This document shows positions 38,897 to 52,700 of a DNA stretch of 64,000 nucleotides, in pieces. The stretch is from Cycas panzhihuaensis (taxonomy: Eukaryota > Plantae > Cycadophyta): contig CM041465.1 of the NCBI GenBank assembly GCA_023213395.1, positions 194,191,741 through 194,255,740 on the forward strand, in the 5' to 3' direction. The notes beneath the pieces are model-generated. The model searched no databases and was not told where the DNA came from. It saw only the letters and a program-made list of their open reading frames with translations. The translations under genes and the position numbers were made by a program. Positions within the stretch are counted from its first letter, which is position 1. Each line of letters begins with the position of its first letter.

Positions 38897-39543
38897 AATG
38901 ATGGAAAATATACTAGCAAGGAGAACAGGTCAGAACATATATCAAATAACTATAAACTAGTAAAGCATATTTTCCTTCAAGAAACCATTCTCCTTAAGGA
39001 TTAAACTGTGAGAAAGAAAGTTCATGTTGTCTCCAAATATAAATAGAAGGTGGCAGAATAGCTATCCATTTCAAAATATATAGAGAGAGAGAACCAAGGA
39101 TGATAAAAACAATAAAAAGAAAACAATAGGTGATATATGACCAAAAATGAATCCTTAAGATAAAGTATTAATAAGTGAAAGTATGATCTACTAGTAAGTA
39201 AAAGGTAGTCAAGGCAAAATATCTAAAGCTGATGAAGAAGTCTCTCTTTTCAAAGATGAAGATAGATGATAGGGTTGGGGGCCCAAATTCTCTATTAAGT
39301 ATAGAACTCAAAATAGAACAAAATGAATATCTCGTAGAAGAGCACCCATAATCAGTGCAAATACTAGAAGGAGTAAAATACTTATGTGATTATGAGTGAA
39401 AACTTTGATAAAAGTAAGAATAACGTAAGAGAAGATGAGAAAAGATTAAAGAAAAGAGATTACCCATAGTTTTAGCTCATTAGATAAGGAGAAGGATTTG
39501 AAGTCATAGTTTATCCTCATTGTGGAGGTAAGGATGAGTGCTA

Positions 39544-42500
39544 CTAGGTGTAGAACCTTCTCAGATATTGAGAATTCATATGCCTTTTAAATTTTAGACC
39601 CTCCATTATTAAGATTCAATAAGCTCCATTATTCAAATGTTTAATTACTAGATAAGGACCTATCCACTTAGGAGAAAACTTATGTTGCTTATCATATAGG
39701 TACTCTAACTTTAATACTTTATTGCCAACACTAAACTTCTTGGGTCTAAGCTACCTATCATAAGTATCCTAGACTCTAATCTTAGATGCCATGTTATTTT
39801 GTAAGGTTTGTAGATGAGTCTTATCTAGTTTTTCTAGTTCTAAAAGACGTGCTTCCCTTTGCAACTCTTCATTGGTAAATTCTTTCAATGAGACATGTAA
39901 AGAGGGAATCTCAACTTCCAATGGGAGGATGGCCTCAATACCATAAAAAAGATATAATGGTGTTATGCTTGTAGCATTTCTAATGGAGGTTCTATAAGCC
40001 CATAATACCAAAAAGAATTGAACGTGCCAATCTCTATAAGACGTACTAACCATTTTAGCTAAAGTTTTGTCAAAGGTTTTAACTTGCCCATTTGCTTGAG
40101 GGTGATAAGGGGTTGATAGCCTATGAGTGATATGGAATTTGTTACATAGCTTACTAACATAGGGATTATAGAACAAAGTCCTATTATTAGTAATAATCAC
40201 GTCAGGTACCCAAATTTACAAATGATATATTAAAAGATAAACACGGAAGCAATCTTTCTAGTAGATGTGACCAATGGAATAGCTTCACTCTATTTCATAA
40301 AATATTCAATAGTAGTTATAATAAACTTATGCCCATTAGATGATGCTAGAAAGATTTGACCAATGAGGTCAAAACCCCATTGGGAAAAAGGCCAAGGTGA
40401 AATAATCAACTTCATTTATTATGCAGGCTTATGCATCAAGGTCACATAAGATTGGCATTTCTGACATTTTATATATAAGAATGAGCATCTTTAAATAAGG
40501 TAGGCCAATAATAGCCCATATAAAGAATGTGTTGGGCCATCGATTAACCACCAAAATATCCACCACATGTTCCTTCATGGGATTTTATTAAGGCTAAAAG
40601 TGTTTCATCAAAGGAAAGGCATCTCAATAAGATTCTACCAAAGGAACGTTTGTACAACACATCATCAAGTAAAAGGTACTACCTAGTAATAACTTGAATT
40701 TGTCTTCTCTTATTTGATGTGGAAGGAGAAGGGAAGGATTGATCATGAACGTATGACCTAATCTCTCCATACAATGAATTATCATAGGGGACAACCTAGA
40801 TATGAAGAATATGTTCATTTGGAAGAGGATCATTAATAGGTTCTTTGGTAGGATTAAGAAGAGGAGCATCACCCATGACTTCTGGAATGATCATGCCCTT
40901 TTTATACTTTCTATTTATAACTTGAAAATCAAACTCTTATAACAACAAGGACCACTTACCTAATCATCCAGTAAGATTAGATTTAGTGAGTAAATATCTA
41001 ATAAGATCTAACTGAATAATGAGGTGGACCTTATTCCCAAGAATATAGTGGCATAACTTCTTAATAGTAAAGATTAAAGCAAGACATTCTTTTTAAGGAA
41101 TGGATAATAAAGTTTAGTGACCAGTAACATCCTACTAATCAAATAAATGGCTTATTTTTTATCAAAATCATCCTCTTATGCCAACATTTCTTCTAATGAT
41201 TCTTCTGTAGAAGAAGTATATAGGATGAAAGATTTATCAAACCTTGGGGGAGCAACCACAGGTGCTAAAACCAAAGCTTGATTCAAATTATTGAAGGACT
41301 TTTAAACTTAAGAAGTCCATTGTAGCTCAACATCTTTCTTGAAAAGATATGTGATAGGATTGGCATCTAAAGTGAAATTAGTAATAAAACGTCTTAAGAA
41401 ACCATGTCTACCTAGAAAGGATTTAATCTACTTCTGACTCTTGGGATGGGATATATCAATATTTATCCTTATCTTATCATGATTGATTCTAATCCCATTA
41501 TAAGAATTGGTGTCTCCTAGTATTCTTCCTAACATCACGATAAAAACACATCTAGAGGGATTAAGACATAAGCGATATTTCTTACATCTTTTAAAAATTA
41601 TTCTGAGATCATGCACATGATTGTATCTTTTATGACATAGAGCAAGCATATCATCTAAGTACATAGTAATAATATTTCTAATTAAATCATGAAACATATG
41701 TACCATTACTCTTTAATAAGTTGCACTAGTATTTTTTAATCTAAAAAGCATGACTTTATACATGAAAGTGCCCGAAGGAGTAATGAATACAATCTTATGA
41801 TGATCTCAAGGTGAGATGGAAATCTGATTATAACTTGAAAATCCATCCATAAGAGACATCACCTCAAAACTAGTTATTTGGTCCCAAATCTGATCGAGAA
41901 AAGGGAGAGGAAAATTATTTTTAGGGAATGCTTTATTAATGTCTTAAAAATTGATGTAAATTCAAATTAAACCATTTTTCTTTACAACTAGAACTATATT
42001 AGAGACCCATTGAGAGTAATCAACACTCTTAATAAATCCAACTATAAGTAACTTCTCCACTTTTTATTTAATAGCAAGAGAGAGACGTGGGTAAATATGA
42101 CATTATTTTTGCCATTTAGATTTGGCACTAGGAGTAATTATAATATTGTGCTCAATAACTTAGTGATTAAGACCATGCATATCTTTATAATTGTAAGTAA
42201 AATCTAAATAGAACTCATAAAAGAGATCCTTAAACTAAGCAATCTCTTAAGGAGTACATCTGCTCCCAATTTAATAATCTTAGTGGTATCCTCCATCCCT
42301 AAGTCTATATCAATAGTCTATTCTATAAGCATTGTATTTCCATCTTTAAAATGAGAAGGGGTAGGATCTATTAAGGAAACTGGCTCCTAAGGTTGGGAAT
42401 GATTAAACATTGGAGAATTAGGTTATAAAAATTTCAAAAAACCTAACCTATGATATCCATTGAGAAGACTAGGAGATGACCCTACTAGATGCTCTAAGAT

Positions 42501-45500
42501 CATCTTGTCATTCTCAAAATGATCAAGGTGGAAGAGATGGACAAGGAGAAGATTTCTTAGTAAATTAGTAGGCAAAAAAGAAGGTCCAAAATATAAAGAG
42601 GAGTCAATCGAAGAGCTTAGACAAGCAAGAATAAACTCAATGATTGAATGAACATAAGAGAAAAGAATAGGCCTGTCAATGAACTCCCAAGTCGAGGAAA
42701 AGAGTTGATCAAACTCTTGATGATACAAATGACATTCTTGAACAAACAAAGACATTAAGATAAGAGATGATGGAGAGGCATCTATAGAAGGATAGGAAGG
42801 AAAAGCAATAGTGGACACCAAATTTACTTACTATACTTTAGTATAGGCATTTCGATTACTTTGAATAGTATCAAATGAATCTACATCATTGCCATCTGAT
42901 TCTAAGTCTGGGTGTTAATGCAACAACATCTTCTTCTCATGTCTATTCAACCATATAGTAAAGAGAAGAGATTGAGAGAAGAGAGATGTAGCATCAACAT
43001 ATAAATCTTGTGAGATTGAAGTTAAATAAGTAACTGAAGAAGAACTTGAAATAGAAGAAACCAAAGTACTTACCTGCAGAGGCAAATACAAAACCTATGA
43101 GAAGTGGGTCCAAATAAGAAAGGAGTCATTCATATTAACAATTCTACTCACATGTGTTTTTCTATAAGGTACAATAGAATGTGGAGTTACTTCTTTATTA
43201 TAAGAGGAAAAGGAAATCGAAGACTGATCAGTCTGACCCAAAGTACAAGGAACAGATGAAGAACTTAATGAATAAGGAACAATCTCAACCAAATCCATAT
43301 CCTTTACTTCTGTATATATAGAAGGACCTTCAATGGAAAAATATTGGCTTAGACCTAGTAATTGAAAGAAGTACTCTAAAAAGCTTGATAATTCACTAGG
43401 CCCATAAAGAGTCTCAATAAGAGGGACTGATTGTTTGATTAGTTTTGGTTTTCACTTTATAATTTTCAATTATCCCTCATGGATGAACCTGAATTCATTA
43501 AAGAGGGAGGAACAAACCACTAATATTTAGGTAATCTATGGTCTACCCAAAAGAATGTTATACTCCAAGTCAAGATCAATGATAATTAACTTAGTTAGGA
43601 CTATCTTTTCTTCTAAAGTAAGAAGGAGAGTGACTTGACCTAGGGGTACTTTCTAATTCTTACCATATCCTTGGCTAAGCCACTCACATTGATCAAAAAC
43701 TAAAATTTTTAAATCTTCAATAAGGCAAAGAGAAATTATATTAATAGATGATCCCTCATCAATAATAACCTACTTAATATTAATATAATCCTTTATAATC
43801 TTGATATAGAATAGGGGTATATTATTTGGGGCATTAGTAGAATGGTTAGACAAGGAAGCCAAGTCAAAATAAAGTGTAGAAGCAAACAAAGAGGCTATGG
43901 AAGGAACTCCCAATGCATAAAATAAAAGTTGACATTGCTCAGGGCAATACTTCAACAAATCAATAACTGAAATACCTGTAGGAATGGTCTTTAACTCATT
44001 GACCAAAGAGAATGATCCATCCTTTATACTAGAAGGAATGGACCTAAACCTGATGGGATGAAAGGGTACTAAAGGTAAAGAGTCAAGATTCCTCACCATC
44101 AAATTATCAATTGATTTAGATAGACCTACACTCTCTATTATCTCCACCATGTTTATGTTCTCTTAGTCTCACCACCTTTAGGAGGTGGGCGAGCTTAGTT
44201 ACTAGTTTGTTTAGTTGAAAGATTTGACATAGTAGTAGTCTTCTTCGATGAATTAGAACTTGAAGGCTCACATTTATAATCTTGAACCTACTTCTCTTTG
44301 CCTTTATCATCTTTGTTTATTTTAACATTGTGTTGATATAAATAATCCTTATAAATCATTTGATCTTGAGATGACTTGGAGGAGTGATTTGATTGAACAT
44401 TCATATTTTGAGTGATATTCCAAATCATAAGGTACTCACTTCTATCATGGGCATCCATTTGATGATATGAGTACCATTTAGTCTTTCTAAAAGAAGGAGG
44501 TGGAGGAGCTTGTTTCTTCCTTCCTTCAGTAAGATGGATAACTTTTATTTCTTAAGAGGATTGATTCTGAGGAGGACCATTGACACGTAACTTGATGTTG
44601 ATTGCATACTTTAATAAGGTGATCATAAGTAGGTTTAGGATGGGAAACCTTCATTGTTTGAACAGAGTCTTTAGAAGGAACAAGTTTTCCAACCTTCTTA
44701 ATACCTGCTTGAATCTTGAATGTTTCTAAAGTGAAGCAATGATCAATAGCTTCTTCATAAGTTTGAGGACCAAGTTTAAGAACTTTAAGATGTACATATG
44801 GCCGTAAATTATTAGTGAACAAATTGAATATGAGAATGGAATTAAGATATGAGTGGTAGGCATATACTTAGTCTTGAAACCTTCTCACAAAGTCTTTAAA
44901 GGTTTCATTATGGTTTTCCTTGATAGCTAAAAGAGACTTGATGCCTAATTTAAATGGTCTCGCCACATCAAAATAGTTGATGAAATAATCAACTAATTAT
45001 TGAAATGAGAGGACAAACGCTGAAGGAAGTCAATAAAACTATTTTAAGGCATTGCCTTGAAGTGACTTAGGGAATAAGTACATCATGACATAATTATACA
45101 GCATGAAATCCACATAAGTAAGTGCAAATGCTTGTATATGGGAAGCAGGATCTTAGGGGGAATCACTAAAAATTTAGGTAACTCAAGAAGGATTGGAGGC
45201 ATGGGTGATAAAAGGACTTCATGTGGAAAAGAAGATTTCATGTAATCAAGAAAAGGTTTCCTTAGCCTTAATGTAGTAGGATATTGGGGCAAGGATAATG
45301 GATGTGAAATAGAGGAAGGAATAAGTTGTTGTTGTTGTTATTATTGTTATTAAGAAATAGCATGGAATGGAAAAGTAGATGAAGGATTGAACCAAGCTAT
45401 AGTATTAACCACAAAGTTGGTTTAAGGCATAGGATATTATGGAAGAATAAGATTAAATGAAGTAAAAAGAGGTGGTTGTGAAGTGGGCCTAGGAATATGT

Positions 45501-46330
45501 GATAAAGAAGTAGGGCTAGCAACTCCCAAGACTTAAGACTGATTGATTGAGGTATGAGGATGAACGGGGTAAGTATAAGAGACATGTTAAGAAGAGGGGG
45601 GTTATATTAGACATTTTAGGAGAAAGTACACAAGGCTTAATGCCTTATGACAAAACCATATGGGATGTATAAAGTGGTAATTGAATCATGGAGGAAACAG
45701 GATAAGAAGGGGTAACCCTAATGGTATAGCAATGGGTAGGTCATAAACTTGGTGAAGGTAAAACCACTTGACTCGAGATAGAAACATGAGAGAGATTATG
45801 ATTATCATGGATAGAAATAGTAGTATTACCTTCATGTGTAGAAGGTATAGTATGAGGAGAAGAGGTCTAAACTTACAACTGAGAAGGAAAGAGAAGAGGC
45901 TAGGAATGAGTTAACTTATGATCTTCTACCTCCTCTAAAAGAGGAGAATGAGGTCTTGATGAAGGTCCTGGTAAAGGAGGATGGAAAGGTATGGGAGATC
46001 GAATGGCATCAGGATCAATCAAAGGCTTAACTAAAATTGGCTCATACTTCTCATACAAAGGATTAAATTGATAATTGTATGGTAAGGATGCCATAGTATG
46101 AGTCTTTGGATAGAACGAATCTTAATACCCAGGCTTATGAAGTGGGGTAGGAATCCTAGTAAGAACTAGCTCAAAATAGGATGGATGTGTTTGGAAAGAA
46201 GGTGGTTCTTCTTAAGCAAAAGAAGGATCACTATAAAATTGAGAGGGTTTGGGATACCCTTACTCCACTGGTATTTCATATAACTAGGTCAAATCTTTAG
46301 GAGGGTAAACATAGTGTCATGAGTATGATG
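39544..46330 (-). pseudogene. gag-pol: Gypsy gag-pol pseudogene
   Basis: gag: FTNNLRP..PQTYEEAI. Protease near 43500-43770 (IDEGSSIN; YNILLGRP). RT: MFHDLI..MYLDDMLA, LNPSRCVF. IN: STPYHPQANGQVK..LWAYRTS..EAILPLEVEIPSL. C-terminal GPY and ..RRFYT* ending ~39544. Confidence 0.92.
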
Positions 46331-46644
46331 TTCTAAAGAGTCAACATAATATAATGAAACTTCATGAGTAAAATGTGAGGGCTAGGCTTGCAACTCAGGC
46401 AGGAGGTCTTAAAGCCTCAAAGATTGCCTAGGAGTAGGTGTAGTAGCTTCCTTTGCTTTAAATAAAAGGACAAATGGTAATCCCCAGTATGGTCACTAGA
46501 AAGATGGTTGGCCTTTACAGGACCTAGATTAGATACCTCTTAAATCTTCCTGATATTTTCATCTATTTGAAACCTTAACTAAGAGGTAGGAAACTAAAGT
46601 AAGCTAAAAGGACCACCTTTTCCAACTCCTAGGGAGTCTCCACT

Positions 46645-48811
46645 AGATTATGTCATTTAATGAAGATATAAGTGAAGCAACAAAAGGCTAGAATATGAAG
46701 GGGTGATCGAATGCATTAGCCTACATAATTGAATGGAGGAGTTCTAAGTTTGGATTATGCTAACAATGTCTCTTGTATCTTTCTTAAGGACTCCTTTCCT
46801 CCTATTTTGTCAACATTTTAAGTTTTACTTAAATGAAGGAGAAGGGCTAAGCAAATGAAAGGAGTTTTGTTTCTCTTCTTTCTAGTTTTATATTTTAAAA
46901 TGAAATGAGAATCACAAAGGCAATCAATGAAAATACAAAAATATATCCATCTTGTTTTCAATACATAAATAAAAGACTGGCCACGCATGCAATATCTTTT
47001 TCATTTTTTTTAATTTCAAAATATAAAACACACTAAAATGAGTATGAGACTATTTCTTTCAGATGCAACACATGCTTTTTCAAGGAAAGAAAAAGCACTA
47101 ATATGATATACAACACAAAATATAACTATATATGTAAAACTATCAAAAGATCCAATAATATGCAATTTTTATATGAAGCTTTTCATTTCTAATTATATGC
47201 TATCTTTTTAGAGAATGCTTCTAAGATAAAAAGAGAGTTTTTTAAAGAATAACTACTATTGTTATGAATAATTTTCAGATCATAAATAGTGCATACAACC
47301 AATCATATCCAAGTTATAAAGTTCAAACAAACAACAAGCCAAAGCTCAAGGAGGTTCTATCATAATTAGAGCCAATTGGACACTAAAGGGATCCTTGAAC
47401 CTTATATGATCTGATCAAATCAAAGATATATCATTCACAAATTTAAATTTCCCTTTTAAAGTGAAAGAATAAACCAAAGAGTGAAATCAAATAAGAACAA
47501 TACTGTGACTACTTTCCTATTTGAAGAATCCTGCCTCGAAATAGCTTTCTTTCCATCATATGATCAAACTATTTCAAATTCTTCCTTTAAGACCAGCAAA
47601 GAAAAAGAGAAACAAATATAACCGACTAAAAAATAGCCATAAATAAGCCAAGAATAAAGGTAATCCCCTTGAAAATTTGGACAACTATAGAAGAATGGGA
47701 GGAGGTAGCTATTTAGATAGTGATGAGATAACCATGCTTCACACTAGTTTATCTATGTTTTGTCGCATAAAGGGCAGACCTTTCATCTAAATTTCTAAGA
47801 AAAAGATGAATACAAAAGCACCTCAATAATCAGCAAGAAGAAGAGAAAGATTTTGGGTATAGAGAGTTACCAAAGAGTAGTAAAATTATAAGAGTTCTTA
47901 ATAAGAAAGATCTTACCAATTAATAAAAAAGTTTGAAGTTGAAAACCTTGAAAGAAACCAAAAGATTTAAAGAAAATTATCAATGAAAATGAGCATCAAC
48001 AAACATAGTAATCAAAGCTACAAAATCTCCTTTGATTTCACCTTTTTTCTCACAAGCTATAGTCTTTTCAATAGTAGTAGTAAAATCTCTAGAGAATGTC
48101 TCAAAAAGCTCTCTAAAGTTTATCTCTTTTTCTTTAAAAGAAATCTCTATATAAATCATAAATAGGGTTTTCTATAATTCTAAGCACAAAAGGGTAGGTT
48201 TGCATCAAGTCAGGGTGGCAGCATGTGAGAATCTAGTGCATTGGCTAAGTTTTGCATGCATAACAATAAAAAACATGACCAATCATATTTTTGGCAGGCT
48301 AAAAATATGACTTTATACTAAACAAACAATCAGTCATATTTTTTGTAGCACCAAAAGGCGACAAGTTAGGAGGTCAAAACGACTCATTAAGAAGATCAAA
48401 AAATATTTTTTGATGATAAATATTAGCACAAATGACTTCATTAATGAGGAAAATGGCCCACAAAGTGATGAAAACTATAAACCCAAGCCCAAAAAATAAT
48501 CAAAGTCCATAAATTAAGGGTGAAAACAAAGTGAACAACAAAACAAGAAGGTTTCAAAGGAAGAAATGAATTGGAATAATCATAAAAGAAAGAATTTAGT
48601 ACTATAGTTATTAGTCATTAGTAGATGATAACATAATAATACATTCATCATCATTCATCATGTATCATCAATTGAAACAATATAACATTTCATCAAAACA
48701 TAGCCTAAAATAACAAAAAATAATTCAATCAAATATCTTCGCATGGTAAGAATACAATAGATCTAACAAAAGTAACAAAGGTCAAAGGGAGGACTGCGTT
48801 TTGGTGAAACA
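46645..48811 (-). repeat. 5' LTR of the large Gypsy element (left boundary approximate)
   Basis: 47665-48811 is homologous to the LTR part of the macrosatellite. A degenerate PBS (plus CCTAGGGAGTCTCCA, cf. TGGCGACTCCGCTGGGG) lies at ~46628-46642. Confidence 0.7.
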
Positions 48812-51800
48812 CTATGTAAATCAACTTTGAAAAGATCTTTTATTATAATCAAAGTCATTGATAAAAATATGCCCCCCCACCCCTATAAGAAGGTTGAGGA
48901 GGTTTCCCATAATATAGTAAGATATAATAGTCAAAATAGAGTTTATAATTGTATCTTTATCATTTGGGAAGTATATGTTTCAATTCTTATTGGATAGAGC
49001 ATGGGGACAAAAAAAAAGAGAAACTTTTTATTTGGACCACTAGTTATTCCTCTAAATAAAAAGCTAGAAATTTTTTAGAAGGATTATACTTCTATCTTAG
49101 TAGAGAATGAGGTTGACTAAGACCAATATGAGGCCATATACTATTGCCAAGTGATGATGATTGATTTGGTAAATTCTATTATTGAAAGATGTCTAGAATA
49201 CAAGACTATTAATTCACAAACAATAAATTTAAATGATGTGTTGCAAGCAGGGCAAGAAAAGAGATCTAAAGATTATTGACCTTACTTCCATATGATAATA
49301 ATTCTTTTAACTAAATTAATAGGACAAAAAGATAATAAGGATGTATCACTCAATCTAATCATTTATAATAAAATAAATGTTCCATTACATTTTTTTTAAT
49401 AAATTTTATATAAAATTTAACATAGCATTGGATACAATCGCTAAAAGGGACTACATTAAACCAATAGTTGACTTTTTTATATTTGTGAGAGATATATGCA
49501 GGGCAATTCAATGCTTTTAATGAAGATTTGATTTATGACCAAAATATCAACCTTATTAGCTTTAAAAATATGAAGGTGGAATAATTCTAGTAAAACATAC
49601 ATAATGTTGTAAATGTATATGGTTAGTAAGATAACTTTGACATGATTCTAGAATCATTCATTTGCAATTGCATTGGGAAAAATTCCTTATGCTTGATATA
49701 TAGATATGGATATGAAATAAGAAACACTCAACCAGATGAATGTTAAGAAGCAATTCCTCTTTTTTTTTCAATTTTTAGATGACAAAGTAGTAATTTGAAG
49801 CGTATTGCAAAGAATTAAGAATTTTTTATTTGATAGTTTGAAAATGACAATGACCAAGACTATTGAAACATTTTAAAAAATGACAAATGAGGAGAGACCG
49901 ATAGATGATGACATCTGACAATTCTCCAAGTAGATTAGTAATGAAATAAGAGCCATAAAAGAAGGTCTCACATACCATATTAGCAATAATATGGCAAGGC
50001 ACATCATATGAAACCAAGCAGTCTTAGCACAAATGCTAATCCAAAGAATAGTTATGTAGAGAATAATAGACCAACAAGATTGTTGCTCAGGGAAATAACA
50101 TTTTCAATGAATTTTAGGATGTTTTTCCTTAAACGGGCAAGGATTTAAAGAGAATCCTAGAATATATTAAATTAATAAGAATTGAGTTAGAAGGAGGAGA
50201 AAAGCTAATATGACATAAACCATATAAAATAAACATCAAGTATAAAAAGCAAATGTAAGAGGAAAATAAAAGTTGGTAAATATAGGATGTATTTCTCTAG
50301 TTGAAAACAATGAATGTGTGAACCCAATAGTAATATCAAAATAGAAGAATGGTAAGATAAGTGTTTGTGTGGATTTTCAAACACTTAATAAGGTCACAAA
50401 GAAATACCCATTCCATGCACCATTCGCTCTATAGAGTTTTGGAAAATGTTGTAAGACAAGAAATAAATCCTTTTATAGATGGATTATCAAGATATAACCA
50501 AATGAAGATTACAAAAGAAAGTGCATCATAAGATAACCTTTATAAAAAAATTAGGGTCGTATGCATATAAGGTCATGCCCTTTGAATTATACAATGATTT
50601 AGTCACACTTTCAAGAATCATTATGGTTGTCTTCAAGGAATTTATTCATGAATTTTTGGAACTCTATCCAAATGATTGAGTTTTATTTAGGCTATTTAAA
50701 GATCATGTAGCAAACTTATGACTAATATTATAAAAATATTAAGAAATTTAGATTTCCAATAATCTAGATAAATAGTAATTTGTAGTTCCTTTCGAGATAA
50801 TGTTGGGGCTTGTCATTTCTTGAGAATTCCTAATAAACCTTGAAAATATACAAGTCATGTTAAGTTTAGAATTTCAAATAAAAGACACTAATAGTTAATC
50901 ATTTTGTTAGTTGCATGAGATATTATAGAAAATTCATATGCACATATTCAAAAATTGTTATCCCGTTGGAGAAACTACTAAGAAAAAAAGTTCCATTCAT
51001 TTGGACATAAGAGTGTCAATGGATATTCGATATACTAAAAAGGAAATTAGTCTACATGCTCATCTTGAAGTTTCCAAATTAGTTAAAGATTTTTCATGCT
51101 CATGTTGATGTTTCAAGAATACCAATAGGAGTTATCATTACTAAATTCAGGAAATGATGGACTAATCATCCAATTACTTTTGCTAGTTAATAATTAACCT
51201 CTGTGAAAAAGAATTATACAATCGTTGAATAAGAAGGTCTAGCAATGGTCTATGCATTACAAAAGAATTAACATTACCAATTAGAAAATTCTTCCATTTT
51301 CATGTTGATCATTAAGTCTTATCATATTTAATCAATAGCTAATTCTATAAGGATGAACTAGTCATTATGTATTATGATTCTAGAAATTTAATCTTAAATT
51401 TTGTTGAAACCTAGCAAAGTACATATAACTCCTGACAATTTATCATAAACTAAAATAGGAGAAGAGTCGGTTAAGGTCGATGATGATTTCCTGTATGTAA
51501 AATTATATATAATTGAAACAATTATAAAAAACCTTTAAGATATTGTGATTTTTTTATGGAGAGGTTCAACACCACTAAATTTATAGACTATGGAAAGGAA
51601 GGCACTAGCTTTGAAAAGTAATCATTGTTAATTAATTTTAGGGAAATTATATTAACTAGGACTAAACATGATACTTCAACAGTATGTTCCAAAACATGAG
51701 ATCAAATTTTCCAAAGCCACACAGAGGAGCATTAAGAGGCCATATGCGAGAGAAAGTTTAGTAGAAAAAATACCTCAATCTAGATTATGGTGGCCAACTA

Positions 51801-52700
51801 TACTTAAGGATTCCCACATTTGGTCATAGAAGTACAATAATTGTCAAAGGATAAGTTGATAGGGAAATGTAGATCATCTTTGTTTAAAATTGATTATGAA
51901 ATTACACCATTTATGAAATGGAAAATTAATTTTTTCATATTCATAAGCCCTGCCATAGGAAGGACCAGTATCCACTATATCATTATTACAACAAATTATA
52001 TGACCTTATGGTTGAGGCAATATGTATAAGGGATTTCAATACATAGACAATAGTTAATTGTTTATTTGAATGAGTAGTCACTCATCTTGGTTGTCCATTA
52101 GATTTAGTAAGTGATCAAGAAACTTAATTTATTAATTAAACAAATAAAATTTGATGGATAATTTTATAATTCAATACTATAAAAACACTCTAATACTATC
52201 CTTAATGTAATGGATTAGTTGAGAGTTCCAATAAAATTTTATGAAAAAACTTGACTAAAATTTGTAGTGGGGATTAATAGGAGTAGGTGGATAAACTACA
52301 TGCACTAGTATATGTATTTATAACAACTCTCAGGAAATCAGTAAGCCAAACACCATTTTTAACTTGTCAATGGTGTTAAGGTAGTTGCACCCACTAAATT
52401 CATGCTTTCAAGCCTAACACTGGCTACAATTATGAAATGGTGAGATTAACTAGATATTCAATAATAACTAATTCAATTAATAAAATTAAGCAAAATAAGA
52501 ATTCATGGGAATTGATGGTAAAAGATCCACAAGTCTTATAAAGAAACCTAACATGACCAACAAATAAAGATAAGAAAGTTTAGAGAAGGCCACCAAGTTC
52601 TAGTTTACAATAGTAAATTTAAACATAAACTAGAGAAGTTAAAAACACATTAGCAAGGGCCATATATTTTGGCACTAATAGGTTCCCTCAATGAACTTCA
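48812..52700 (+). pseudogene. pol: Older, heavily decayed Gypsy pol remnant (PR C-terminus, RT, RH, IN)
   Basis: KIEFIIV..FQFLLDRAW ~48935-49005. VNPIVI..KNGKISVCVDFQTLNKVTKK ~50320-50405. DGLSRYNQ ~50478. FHAHVDVS ~51095. YP*CNGLVESSNK ~52200. GPY ~52660. Confidence 0.85.

Larger units (their letters stand above)
33347..38979 (-). mobile_element. Young non-autonomous (LARD-like) LTR element without gag/pol, with PBS-array LTRs
   Basis: 5-bp TSD AGAAA (33342-33346 and 38980-38984). 3' LTR 33347-33946 with PPT (plus TTCTCCCCCTT) at 33947-33957. Truncated 5' LTR 38704-38979; outermost PBS 38692-38703. The shared 254 bp of the LTRs differ at only 4 positions by my count. No retroviral domain is recognisable inside. 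Confidence 0.9.
1..48811 (-). mobile_element. Large non-chromovirus Ty3/Gypsy element (Athila/Tat/Ogre superclade) hosting the nested insertions; its 3' end lies in or beyond the macrosatellite
   Basis: 5' LTR ending at 48811, Arg-type PBS-like site, gag-PR-RT-RH-IN on minus, and a long 3' region with an antisense PMD gene and CATAGTTTA-type repeats. PPT and LTR start are found in the array units. Confidence 0.75.
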
